Part shown: positions 27,801 to 37,864 of the stretch, in pieces | Position numbering within the stretch: the stretch's first letter is position 1 | Layout of the letters: the number at the start of each line of letters is the position of its first letter | Assembly (NCBI GenBank): GCA_037379345.1 | Contig: CM074516.1 | Location: forward strand, 25,048,001-25,111,851 | Direction of reading: 5' to 3' | Length of the DNA stretch: 63,851 nucleotides | Source of the DNA: Perna viridis | Taxonomy: Eukaryota | The notes under the pieces: model-generated | Told to the model about the DNA's origin: nothing | The model's database searches: none | What the model saw: the letters and a program-made list of their open reading frames with translations, nothing else | Position numbers and translations under genes: made by a program

Positions 27801-28861
27801 CGTCTACTTCAAAAGAGTGTGGCAATGAACTTAACAGCATAATAAAGCTGTTACTTAGTTAATTACATCAACATCAATTTTTATTTTACCGGTCAAGTTT
27901 GTTTACAGAGAGTAATTTTCAGCTCGGGGAAAGAAGTGCTTAAAATCTAACTACCAGTAAATTCACCCCAAAATTAAATTGTCCCAAAAAAGATTTTATA
28001 AATACATTTACTGATTCAACACATATAAACAAAACAATTCCAAAATGTTGGGATAGAATTATAAGGATTAAACAGTTATTTTCGGTCTTTCATGCATATA
28101 TGAACGACCAAAAAATAGCTGTTTAATCCTATAGTGAATGTTGGTATTCGGTATCCAGCATCAGTTACTTGTCCCATATCGTGGAATCCAATTTCAGGGC
28201 TTTCTGACATCTGCTTCCTTTTACTGAAATTCGGTTATTTTTGTCTTCCACCCATTTTCTAAAAATTCTTAATGCATATTATGCTCTATAGGTTGTGAAT
28301 ATCTCCAAAGTAGCCTTGTTAAAAATCCCAACTTTCAGGGTTTTACGGATCATTTTCATAAAATACAACTAAAAATATGGATTATCATAAAAATAGCATA
28401 ATCAGTTCTATAGATAAGGCGTTTGAATATTTCAGATTTGTGCTTTTTATAATAGTTAATTCTTTAAGGCAAAAGAAAAATGAAATTTGATTTTTTATTT
28501 GTAGAGTTATAATGTACAATTTCTTCCACAAAGAAATGGTGACATTTCAGTTTACACATACTGCAAATTTTTTTCCCATATTTTCATTCTAACTGATACA
28601 GTTAGGAAATGTAAATTTATAATTTATAGTACCCTTATTTTACTTTCAGCCTTTAATCCCAAGAGTTCAGATTATGTGAGAAAGAAGTACAAGCAGAAAT
28701 TACAGAAATTTGAAGACACATGTAGATTAATTGGATATTTAGGAGACAATATGACTGTAAGGTATCGTGATCCAAATGATCGACCAGGAGACTTTGACAA
28801 TAAGTTAGAAACATTCTTTGCCCTGAAAGGAATTGAACCAACTACCACATGGCTTGCATAA
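843..28861 (+). CDS. AK9: Adenylate kinase 9 (multi-exon; start codon possibly 885 or in an exon upstream of the window)
   Basis: Four P-loops: GKPGAGKT (exon 1483-1603), GPPLSGKT (6280-6460), GPKGAGKS (20698-20894), GPPKSGKT (23469-23682). AK motifs GYVLDDFP, GWILDNFP, GFILEGFP, DGYP; YHS-like CPV..Y..F...P repeats; AK9-type C-terminus LPMLGYMEQ..KPKYPFL..AYHLKAFNPK. Exons read with AG/GT boundaries (approximate): 843-992, 1483-1603, 1936-2085, 2380-2492, 2900-3007, 3463-3531, 3901-4029, 4865-4939, 5737-5978, 6280-6460, 6711-6870, 7995-8036, 8216-8269, 9634-9660, 10701-10781, 11979-12291, 12550-12777, 14033-14154, 14923-14940, 16839-16919, 17412-17462, 18240-18289, 18734-18769, 19237-19414, 19685-19806, 20146-20364, 20698-20894, 21067-21284, 21528-21747, 22114-22183, 22435-22665, 22944-23162, 23469-23682, 23980-24181, 24517-24662, 25464-25681, 25997-26155, 26458-26659, 26852-26951, 27291-27508, 28650-28861 (stop TAA). 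The frame is open upstream of ATG 885 back to the acceptor. Confidence 0.93.
1023..1243. mobile_element. MITE with 17-bp TIRs and 6-bp flanking direct repeat
   Basis: cagtctttcagaaggtt ... aacctttggaaagactg, flanked on both sides by atcaac. Confidence 0.7.
1483..1603 (+). CDS. AK9: AK9 exon with first P-loop (GKPGAGKT)
   Basis: tttcag acceptor and gtatgt donor; encodes TELRFLHSKPTCFIVIGKPGAGKTTLVRRLA. Confidence 0.9.
2186..2762 (+). repeat. ~85-bp direct repeat pair (2186-2271, 2677-2762) flanking an AK9 exon
   Basis: tattaactaactttattttatgtt...gattataatttgaa near-identical in both introns. Confidence 0.85.
4085..4470 (+). mobile_element. Decayed Helentron-associated (HINE/DINE-like) non-autonomous element
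   Basis: T-run start, 5' subterminal repeat, gtctgtccatcc microsatellite-like stretch, core with a partial internal repeat, 3' end ggggtatat...cttgt; family call from architecture only. Confidence 0.45.
5038..5481 (+). mobile_element. ~450-bp direct-repeat-bounded element with internal tRNA-Leu-like segment (copy 1)
   Basis: aatttgacagttctaacat..tgggaatttttca at both ends; A box tggctgagtgg, B box gttcgagtccc; flanked by (TA)n. Confidence 0.8.
6280..6460 (+). CDS. AK9: AK9 exon with second P-loop (GPPLSGKT)
   Basis: Encodes FLDKIYCLSS..FIKNPRPYLLPPQPRPPCKLCVMGPPLSGKT; canonical splice sites. Confidence 0.9.
8400..8612 (+). repeat. Minisatellite, ~3 diverged copies of a ~65-bp unit
   Basis: tgtccacagtcc...tcctactcantggtattca repeated. 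Confidence 0.7.
8706..8783. repeat. Foldback/hairpin mini-element (~33-bp arms)
   Basis: atcttcactagccaattgttccggtcctgcccc / ggggacaggaccgaaccattggctagtgaagat. Confidence 0.8.
14391..14580. mobile_element. MITE with perfect 16-bp TIRs
   Basis: cagtgttctaggatta ... taatcctagaacactg; no clean TSD. Confidence 0.75.
15335..15532. mobile_element. MITE with ~27-bp imperfect TIRs and internal tandem repeats
   Basis: tgtacacagtcaaatgtgccacatatg ... catgtgtagcactttagactgtgtaca; internal gaatcataccatgcttg repeats. Confidence 0.7.
17590..17800 (+). repeat. Minisatellite, ~5 copies of a ~42-bp unit
   Basis: tcaactttcattgtgt..ttaagtttcattgtatac repeated. Confidence 0.75.
20698..20894 (+). CDS. AK9: AK9 exon with third P-loop (GPKGAGKS)
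   Basis: Encodes APPLRLLMLGPKGAGKSLHSR; gtaagt donor. Confidence 0.9.
23469..23682 (+). CDS. AK9: AK9 exon with fourth P-loop (GPPKSGKT)
   Basis: Encodes PKPVVPIRMAVIGPPKSGKTT; gtaagt donor. Confidence 0.9.
24721..25110 (-). mobile_element. Naiad-type PLE 3' fragment (RT C-terminus plus 3' UTR) in an AK9 intron
   Basis: Matches 35129-35210 (LKSSLQKFYG..HELV) and continues into the shared 3' UTR. Confidence 0.85.
27645..28132. mobile_element. Non-autonomous DNA element with long terminal hairpin (possibly Crypton-like)
   Basis: CpG-richer insert; 28064-28130 is a hairpin with ~30-bp arms; ttcatgcatata occurs near both ends. Confidence 0.45.
28650..28861 (+). CDS. AK9: AK9 terminal coding exon
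   Basis: tttcag acceptor; encodes FNPKSSDYVRKKYKQKLQKFEDTC...TWLA then TAA. Confidence 0.88.
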
Positions 28862-30149
28862 ATATGGCTGATGTGTTGCAATGTGATTTTAATGGAAAGG
28901 TGTATTGAGTATCTGTGATATATTTTAAACAACCAATTATGACTTGTTTTTGTCAACTTGTTAAAAATTGTGTAAAATTGAACAGTTATAAATTTTTAGG
29001 AAATTCTATTTGAAATCAAGAAAATATGTTGAAAAGATTATTTTATGCTAGTGCTACAAATATTTTGATAGGCCATTGCTTGTAAAACAGCAAAGACTTT
29101 CAGAATCATGAAGTCATGGTTGAAGGGAGCCTTATATCCTTCTGATATAGACATATGAGTTCTCTAATTCCTTTTGTACACTATCATTTGCATTTTTCCA
29201 AGTAAAAGTTTGTTTTGTGTTTATATTACAATATGTTAAGTGCATTACTTCATTCTGTTTTATTGTATTTTTTCATTGAAGTGAAGCCAGTTGTAATTGT
29301 AAAGATTTGTTTTGTTTATGAACATGTATGTTTATGTGATAGTTTTTGATTAAAAATTCCATCAGTTGGATTTTCCACGTAGAAAATTTTCAATTAGTTA
29401 AATCCAAGTTTTTCACTTAATTTTGTATTTCCCACATAATTCTTACTATTTAGAAGGATAGTGCCTTTAAATCCAGTTGAGCTTTAGTAATGAATGTTGA
29501 TTCAGTCAGTAAAACATAAATAATTTATTTGAATACCTTTACAGAGGAGTAAAGTTGTAATGTAAAGTTACATTGATGAGTCCTGCAAATCTGTGATTGA
29601 AGCCTTTACTGTAAAATTTTATTTTGTTTATTTTACTAAGGAACAATTCTATTATACTGTATTTTATATTGACATTCCGTCCAAATGTTAATAAATTTAA
29701 AATCATACTTTTAATGGTGTTTTATTTCGTCAGCGAGAATTTTTTTTTAAGTTTAGCTGAGGTATATATAAACTTTTTTGGGGCTATCAACCCAACCTGG
29801 GAAGTACTTTTGATCATAACCCTTAGTTATAATAGTAAAGATACATTAGCTTGAATTGAAGTGATTCCAATTTCAATACAACTCAGACAATTTCAGTTGA
29901 GTTGATATTTATACTTCACAGATATATCTCAATCCAAACATGTTATTCAGTTGCTGCAGTTTTCCATAAATCAGTCTTAAAACATTGATTATTGACTATT
30001 TTAAGAAGAACAAATAACTTTTTGTGTGTATTGTGGACCCGAAAAAGCCTTTGTAGCTATTAATAGAAAAACCCTCTTTAAACTGATTTACTCTTACAAT
30101 GTTTTTACAGAATTATTGTAGATGTGTATAAAGATGCATCCTTTCCATA

Positions 30150-30325
30150 TCAGTTATGGATGAGTTAACAGATTCATTCAAGTTAGGAGTGAAACGAGGT
30201 TGTATATTAAGAGCAACACATTTTTCTTTACATGTTTATGATCAGAGGGTGATCAAATTGAGATAAATAGTAAAGCGTCCTTAATTTATGCTGATGATTT
30301 AGTTCTATTATCACAACCAGCTTAA
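30150..30325 (+). mobile_element. Decayed LINE reverse transcriptase fragment
   Basis: Translates to GVKRGCIL...LIYADDLVLLS. Confidence 0.7.
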
Positions 30326-30386
30326 GGTCTCTAGAAAAGATTTTAGTAAGTGTGGTAAAGTCCTCAAAAGTATCTCAGTTTTTGTA

Positions 30387-30608
30387 TGATTGGTTGATTG
30401 GTTGATTAATTAACTTCCTATGGCAGATTTTTCATCCATTTCAGGATGAGAACTATTCACCAATAAAACAGACCCTGTATTGTACTAGTCTGACACGCTG
30501 AATCAGGTATTTATTGTGCTAGCTTACAGAAGCAACATCCCTCAGGTTGGGATCAAACCCACGACCTCCCACACTTGAGGCCAGCACGCTACCATGAGAC
30601 AACCGAGA
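30387..30608 (-). mobile_element. tRNA-derived SINE, internally deleted
   Basis: Minus-strand head ggtagcgtgctggcctcaagtgtgggaggtcgtgggtttgatccc; (AACCAATC)-type tail. Confidence 0.7.
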
Positions 30609-30639
30609 AGATTCGCATATGACTACAATTCCGAAAATG

Positions 30640-31135
30640 TTAACGGACAGGACAATTCTTTCCACTGGTGACATTTTATCTGCGCTCTACAAAACGACCC
30701 CCTAACCTCCAATAAGTCTCGCCCACGTAAACCATTTTGCAGCGTTTCCAAATCACAACTTCAATGACGTTTTCTGAGATATAGAACACGTGGCTGACCT
30801 CAACAGTTTCCCAACTATATGGACAAGTCATTTCGAACAGCGTGATCGTTTACAATGTCTTGTGCCTTTGTAAATGGCATTGGAGGCATTTGGAGGTTCT
30901 CTATAAAGAACTCGCGCTTTCAGATTCTTACCTTTTCTGTGGGCAATAATGGGAAGCAAACCCTGTATTTCATCATATCACATTGAGACCTGAAATCTTG
31001 GTCATCGCTACAAATACGGCGAAGTCTCAGAAATGGTAACTTGGTAATGGTATGTTTGCATGACTGGAGGGTGACAGAAGTAATAATTTAAGCAACATTG
31101 GGCACCTGTGCGTTTGTGAAAGACTGACCTACTAT
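30640..31135 (-). mobile_element. Decayed Penelope/Neptune-type PLE fragment (RT thumb, Zn-knuckle linker, C-terminal GIY-YIG)
   Basis: Minus strand: K.T....LNY...HP, FLRLRRICSDDQDF, GTRHCKRSRCSK*, ENVI.....KRCKMVYVGET..RLG.RF.E; deletions and frameshifts. Confidence 0.75.
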
Positions 31136-32142
31136 AGTGCTTGCCAGTAAGGCCGAAAATCTGGACCTTTCTTTCTGTATTTTTATACGCATTTTGTTTG
31201 TATTTAGTTCCCTTTTCTTTTTAAACGTGGCTGTTTTTTTCATTTATTAATTATTCTTATATACGCTTAACAACATATATTATTTTCATTATTGGGGAAT
31301 AAAGTCGTTTTCCTCTAACCCTCGATGTCATTAAATGAAAAATAATTTATTGCGTCATCCATTGGATGAAACAAAACCATTCTGGGATATTTCTGAACGC
31401 TTTATACGACTGAATGTAACAATAATCTTATAAATTAATATCTGGACGGCTAAAGTCCAAAGTTGTTTTTAATGGGCATGAAGTTTGCCACTTCTGGATT
31501 AGTTTATGTAGAATACACTAATATAAAAACGGCAAATATTATGATCTATAGCGGAAGTTCAACCAAGAAGACTCATTGCCTTCCCAAGTCTTTTTAACCG
31601 GATCGGAAAGAACGGCATATTGCAATTAAACATGAAAGTCATTCTTAATGGCTATTGATAATAACACAGCTACTCAACATGATAATGAGCAAAAATATTA
31701 AAGTCATATCATATAGCATTTGTCATACTCGTTGGTACACATACACATTAACAGGTTAATTACACGTCTATAGATAAAATCACTATCGATATACTTCACA
31801 ACAACCACTGTTTGTTATTTAACTTACTAATCAATTCCATAGTAGAAATATCACCTCTAAAATTTGGCAAAACTGTTCTTTCACGTCGAAATCTTTAAAA
31901 AAAAATATCATTTAAGGTTCATTTTCTGAGACATTGTCAGTAGTTTTTTTTTCTGATGCAGTATGGTCTGCACATATAACAAATTGAGTGGCTCTCATTG
32001 GTCTGTCATATCCCATTAACCGGTTTTAGTAGGGTAACAGGAATAATAATTATGTAACAATGGGCATCCGTGGGTTTGTGAAAAAAAAATGTTCAGCATG
32101 TGCTATCTAATTGATTTTTGACAATAAAAGAAACGAGTCCTG

Positions 32143-32204
32143 TTTTTTTTCTTTTTTCTTTCTTTCTTTTTCTTTTTTCTTTCTTTCTTTTTTTTTTTTT
32201 TTTT
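32143..32204 (+). repeat. (T)n/(TTTC)n microsatellite
   Basis: Pure pyrimidine tract. Confidence 0.9.
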
Positions 32205-32506
32205 AAATATTTCTAAAACATGGTTACCAATTAGCCTGTAACCTGTTTTGTTTTCTATAAAGTTTGAAATAAACTGGGTCAAATTTAACTTCCTCGACAT
32301 TTTTATCCGCATATTTTGCCTATTTGTGAAATTTTGCAGTTTCCCAAATTTAAAATACCTAAAACACCGCGGCTTCATCCCTTGCATTGCATATGGTAGA
32401 ACCTGTCGGTGATGGATTTGGCTTCCTCTTTCGATAGTTTTGGTTATGAGTACTTCTTGTATACAACTAATATTTTGATTATGATCTTCCTACATATTTG
32501 ATTTTA

Positions 32507-32550
32507 ATGCTGCTGATGAGAGGTTACTCCTTGAAACACGTGTACAGCAT
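32507..32550 (+). ncRNA. Minimal type I hammerhead ribozyme
   Basis: Stem I atgctg/cagcat; core CTGATGA; stem II gagg-ttact-cctt; GAAA; palindromic stem III acacgtgt; GUA cleavage triplet. Confidence 0.75.
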
Positions 32551-32675
32551 ATCGAAATTTACAGTAGATAAAACTGGTATTTTTTGTATTTACAATACCT
32601 GAAATTACTATTTTGCAGTCACTTTGCAAGGCTTGTAGATTATGTTATAATGCATGGTTTATAATTTGACTTTCA

Positions 32676-33123
32676 AATTTGACAGTTCTAACATCGTTGG
32701 GAAATTTTCAGACCATACTATACGTTTGCATATCTTCCCTGTATCAATTTGATCCGATGGAGCAGTGTAGCGAATAGAGTCGTCACATTCTGAGACGTTT
32801 GTATAATATTGATTTGTTGTGACATTCATCATTAATTTGATCCTCTATCATACATAATAACATCTAAATGAACTGTCCCGTACTACCAAACATAGTGTAC
32901 TAAGTTACAGTCCTAGATTAATCCTACGAGGAGGAATGACCCGGCCAGCGAAAGCTATATTATTATATAGCCTAGCTGGTCGAGTGGTCTAGGGCGCTGG
33001 ACTTAGTGCAGGCGATGTTGCCATAGATGTCACAGCGGTAAGAGTTCGTGTCCCGCGGAGGGAACGACCAAAAATTTGCATCGCAAATTTGACAGTTCTA
33101 ACATCTTTGGGAATTTTTCAGAT
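32676..33123 (+). mobile_element. ~450-bp direct-repeat-bounded element with internal tRNA-Leu-like segment (copy 2)
   Basis: Colinear with 5038-5481; followed by (TA)n. Confidence 0.8.
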
Positions 33124-33384
33124 CTTTATATATATATATGTACAGTATTTAGTAATAGCTGTTATGCTATCATCTTCCATACAATTCACAAAAGACAGCT
33201 AAAGACAAAACTCGACAGATGGAAATATCTTAGCTGCAGCGCTAGTATAGATTTTGTAGATCGAAAAGAGTGAGCAAGATATCAAAGATTCTAGCGGTAA
33301 CTTAAAGGATTATTCCAAAGATAAAGACTAGACAAGTAAAATAGATACTCATAACAACGAAAATCAAAAAAGCTAGGTAAATCA

Positions 33385-33656
33385 GCAAAGCGGACTACAC
33401 TGAAAACCTGAAGGATTGACAAGGTGTAGCAGTGGGGTATGCATCTGCTATTCTAGAAAAAAAATGAGTTGTGATTTGAAACTCCATACCAACAAAATAA
33501 CAATATAAAAAAAAAACTGGCGACAACGGTGACGCAAAAAGGCGAACCAAATGATCACTCTATAGTCGTGAAAAGTCATAACGTCACGCCCGGGAGCTGC
33601 ACATGAAATGCAATCCGGGGAGAACTGAGCGTCATAACAACAGAATTCCGGGTCTA
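33385..33656 (-). repeat. Diverged repeat shared with 63420-63641, related to the PLE 3' UTR motif
   Basis: cggactacactgaaaa...ttctagaaa...tgagttgtga...gacaacggtgacgcaaa...aattccgggtcta in both copies. Confidence 0.65.
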
Positions 33657-35128
33657 TGGAAAAAAATAACAAATTAAAATTTAAAGATAGTGTCTTAATA
33701 TGCAATGTGCTTCAAATGCAACTATACGCAATGTAGCTTTACTTTATCACTCGACGAAATCACTCATTTTTTAGGTTTTAGGTCTGAAAACAGGTGGAGT
33801 CGTGATAATGCTTAAGCGTTGCACACAAAAAACTTGCATGTTTGTCCATTTACCTGACAGGTAATTTGTTCATGAAAAATATAAATTGATGTACTGAATT
33901 GATGGCATATTGGCCTACATCATTGATTCATTATAAATGGGTAAACTATTTAAAAAGATTTAAAACTGTGACTTACTTTTACGGTATAAAATTAAATGGT
34001 CAATTCAACAATCTAAATGGCAACAAATACTGCTACTTCAGCTCCTATCAAACTAAGACAGCTTTGAGATTCTGTAGAAAACGATTAAACATTGGAAACA
34101 CTCAACAAAGTATGACATTGTACAAAGGAAGAAACTTGCATGTTTCAATAAACTACTCCATTCTTCCAAAAAAGGGAATTGATATCAGATAACAACCGAC
34201 GTACATCTCAGTAATGAGAAGTGTTAAAGCAAAGATTGTGGAGCTGAGATGTTGCAACGAAAATTTTACTATATATTTTACACATGCACTGACATATTTC
34301 CTTCTAAACTTTAACAGGAAGATTTCACTAAACAGAAACCAACGTTTGTTGACAATAAATGCATCATTAATTAGATTGATTGTAGGTATGTTTCAGACAG
34401 AAGACGAACGGACAGACGGGATGACATACAGGCGCGGTTGTTCCTATAAAACAATAATATCAGGTATATTATAATTTCGGCCGAGGGAAGTATCTACTTT
34501 TGTGTAAACCTCTGGACCCGCCATTTGTTTGGCTTATTCTTAATTATAAGCATGATATTTGATGGTCATGAAAATAATGGTTTTATAGTTTATAATGGAT
34601 TTACAGTTTATTTGCAAAATTTAAGTCTTAGCTCATTTGACGAAATATACAGCTGAAAAAAAACATTTAAATAAATGTAGATATAAATTATACTGACAAA
34701 AATATATCGGCATGGCAAACAAAAAAAAATGCTCAGGACAGACCATTTTATCAAATATGAAAAAGACAAGTGTCTGTAATCAAAACCATATTTAAATTTG
34801 CTCGTGTCTTTGCGAAATATATAAACTATGATTTGAATTCAAGTAATACGTGTTAAAACTATTCTTTATCCAAGTATTTATAACTCATAACCTCCAGAAG
34901 TGTAAAGTTTGCCTTTATAAGATATTTATAGGCCAATTTAGTTGAAATGCGCCATGAGGAAAAGTGTAAGGAAAGTTTTCCCACATCTTTTCCTTATAAA
35001 CAGGTAAACAATCTATTTGAGAAAAATGAAGTACCAGTCATTGCCTGACTCTTACACATAATGGTACTGAAGCAATTGTCTAGCGGTATCAAGGTCGCAG
35101 TAATTTCACATTCAGGCCAATTAGATTG

Positions 35129-37864
35129 TCATGTGGATACACCATAACGATCCACGAGTTCATGATAACGACCATAAAACTTCTGCAGTGATGACTTCAA
35201 TCTTGTAGCAACATAACCCTGTTCCAGAAGTCTATTTGTTAGAGTTCTAGCGCGATACAAAACGTCTGCGTAGTTTCGGCAAGCTTTGGCATAACGTATG
35301 AGTTGTGATATGAATACTCCATACGCAGGTGCCGAAGGGATGTTGCCACACATGAAAGGAAAGTTGACAATTCTGAATGAAAAGTCATCACGTTTGTCGT
35401 AAAGTTTGCTCAATAGTTTTCCTTTACCATCGATATCTAAGTGTAGGTCAAGATATGAGGCTGACTTCACAGTGTCTGTAGTATCCTTTATCTCAAGTTC
35501 TTTTGGGTAGATTCGATGTATCAAATCCCCGAAATTAGGATTGTTTAAAGATAATACGTCATCTTTATAGGAGAAACTGAGATTAAAGGATCTAGCCAAA
35601 CGATATACTTTCTTTCGGATCAGATCAGCTATAAAAGTCAGACTCATAAGAGTGAAGAAATAGGTCAGCAAGTAAAGGAGCACAATTTGTTCCCATTGGA
35701 ATGCCGACCATTTATTAAAAACGCGTCCACCACACTGGACAAATATGTTGTCAATTAAAAATTCCAGCATTTTGTCAACATCTTCCTCTGTATATTTGGA
35801 AGATGATTTGGAATTATTTCTTACAAAGTATGAGGAATCCCTACCAAGAACTATATATAGAACAATTTACATCTAGGTGTACCATCTTTTTTGGAAAAAA
35901 CAACGATGTATAATGTTTTAAAGTCGAGATTTTAACTGAGTATGGGGAATAGAAGTATACAGTGTTGAAAAATCATAGGTTTTAATGCTATTATATTCAG
36001 ATAATAGTCTTGAACTGATTGTATCCAAAAGATCTTTCGAATTTTTCAGGATCCACATTGAATTAATACCACTACGGGAGTAACAAGTGTTGTGGTAAGA
36101 CTGCAGACCCTCTTTGACAGTTGTGAGTATAGAAGTTAAAAGTTTTGAAAGAGGTTCGGTGGTACATTTTGCAGATCCAGCTATGAAACGTTGTTTGTAT
36201 GGATTCTTGTGGAGTTTAGGAATCCAGTACATGGACGGTAAATCACAAACATCGTCCTTGGTAGAGAGACCAAAAGAGGATAGCACAGATGTATGGTTTT
36301 CCACAATTCCTTCTTTGGAGAGAGTGGTAGCAGCATAGGTCTTATCACTGCTATTATTTTCTACGTCTACCTCTTATAACAAACATTTGATGTAGAACGT
36401 TTTTCAGACAAAAACAATGTTGTTTTGGGCTTTGTCTGCTGGTACGACAACATATTTATCATGTATAGTAGACAATGTTTTTGCTACATCGGGGTTTTTG
36501 AAAACTGATGTAGCCTTGGCACTCATTGACCTACTTAAAACTTTCATTCGTTTCAAAATGAAAGATCTCACGGCCTTTAACCACTCTGACAGAGAATCAA
36601 TGTCTTCTTGTTCTCGTTTTATCCATTTTCTAGCATAGTCCTCGACGGCATCCATAAGAACTTTAAAGTTATAATTCCAATTTATGGAGCGTGGTTCACG
36701 GTACTTGGGACCTTTAGAAAGGATATTACGCAGAGATTCGTTTTCGATAATGGTTAAATCTCCCGTAACGACGTGACCAAAAGGACCATATTTGAATGGA
36801 GAGGTTTTGCAGCAAGAACAGTCAGGTGGTTTAGCCTTGAAGTCCTCAGTCTCGAGGTTCTGGAATAACCTTTTATAATTGAAAATTTTGGATGGGTAAA
36901 GTATAGGAATATGAAATAATTGGTATGGATTTATCTTTGAAATATGGGGGAATTTTGTTGGTAATGATCGTTTTTCTTCATCTTGACTTTTCACACAAAC
37001 TGGTTTATAAAGAGTCTGTGGAAACCAATATTCAAGATGATGGCAACAAGTCTGTATAATGATGAGGTGGGGTCAGAAACAGGAGTGTCAAGACTTGTTT
37101 TGTAAAGGGAGTGTAGTAGAGTGAGAGGTATAGAATAAAGTTTGGTTCTAATGTAATGGAGTCCAAGAGGTTTTTGTATGAAAGGAAGGAGACCATCTAT
37201 GGAGACATCATGCAAATTAGGTGACGTATAGTGACGATGACCATGACTCCTTTCTTGGATTTTTGTCAAATAAATTCATCACATTTATGTTATTGTTATA
37301 TTGGCTTGAAATGTTTCCTATACTTTTGATGTTGTCATTACATCCGTAAGGTATTGTAGTACCTAGTTTGCGTATCCAGTATTCCTCTCTTTCCCAACGA
37401 TAGTTTTTACCTAGAACGGGACTGTTCGTAGGATGGTAATGTTTTTCTAAAATACGAACTTTCATGGAGAGGATTGAATGATCTTGTTGATTAAAGTGTT
37501 GATAAACTGTCGGGAATTTGGTGGTGTTAATTCCCGAACGATGACCGCACATTCTTTTATTTAATCGTTCTTGCGTTTCTCCGACATATATTAAACCACA
37601 TAAGTTGCACTCTAATCCATATATTAAGTTTGTTGATTTGCAACTTCAGTCATCGTGGCTTCTTGTATGGAAGGTTTTGTTTGTATGGGAACTGAAGAAG
37701 TAAGGGTCGGTTATTAGAATGTTGCATGTTTTGCAATTTTAAATACCACATTTTGATATGGTACAATGTGGTTCGTCATCGTTTAAAGTGATGGAACATG
37801 GTTTGATAATTTTAAAACAGTCAACAAATGAGTTGAATCGAGGCACCCTCAAAACTGGGATCAT
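35129..37864 (-). mobile_element. Penelope-like retroelement with N-terminal GIY-YIG endonuclease followed by RT (Naiad-type), decayed and 3'-truncated
   Basis: From ATG 37864: CGI*NCKTC, NLIYGLECNLCGLIYVGET..RLNKRM.GHR, REEYWIRKLGT..PYGCND, KGPKYREP, VVVPADKAQNN, YWIPKLHK, YDFSTLYTSIPH, YKDDVLSLNN, KLYDKRDDF, SQLIRYA; several stops and frameshifts. Confidence 0.92.

Noticed and set aside
32103-32387. Lys-rich ORF
   Set aside because: Translation of a T/TTTC microsatellite.
32935-32990. SECIS-like ATGA...AAA...GA hairpin in the tRNA-containing element
   Set aside because: The stem register does not place GA opposite the UGA quartet, and the GA is not kept in copy 3.
32969-33066. Functional tRNA-Leu gene
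   Set aside because: No acceptor stem or proper anticodon arm, no poly-T terminator, and embedded in a dispersed repeat.
37646-37648. In-frame TGA near the Naiad GIY-YIG as selenocysteine
   Set aside because: It falls in DD*SC, where Leu (TTA) rather than Cys is expected; the copy also has a TAA and frameshifts.
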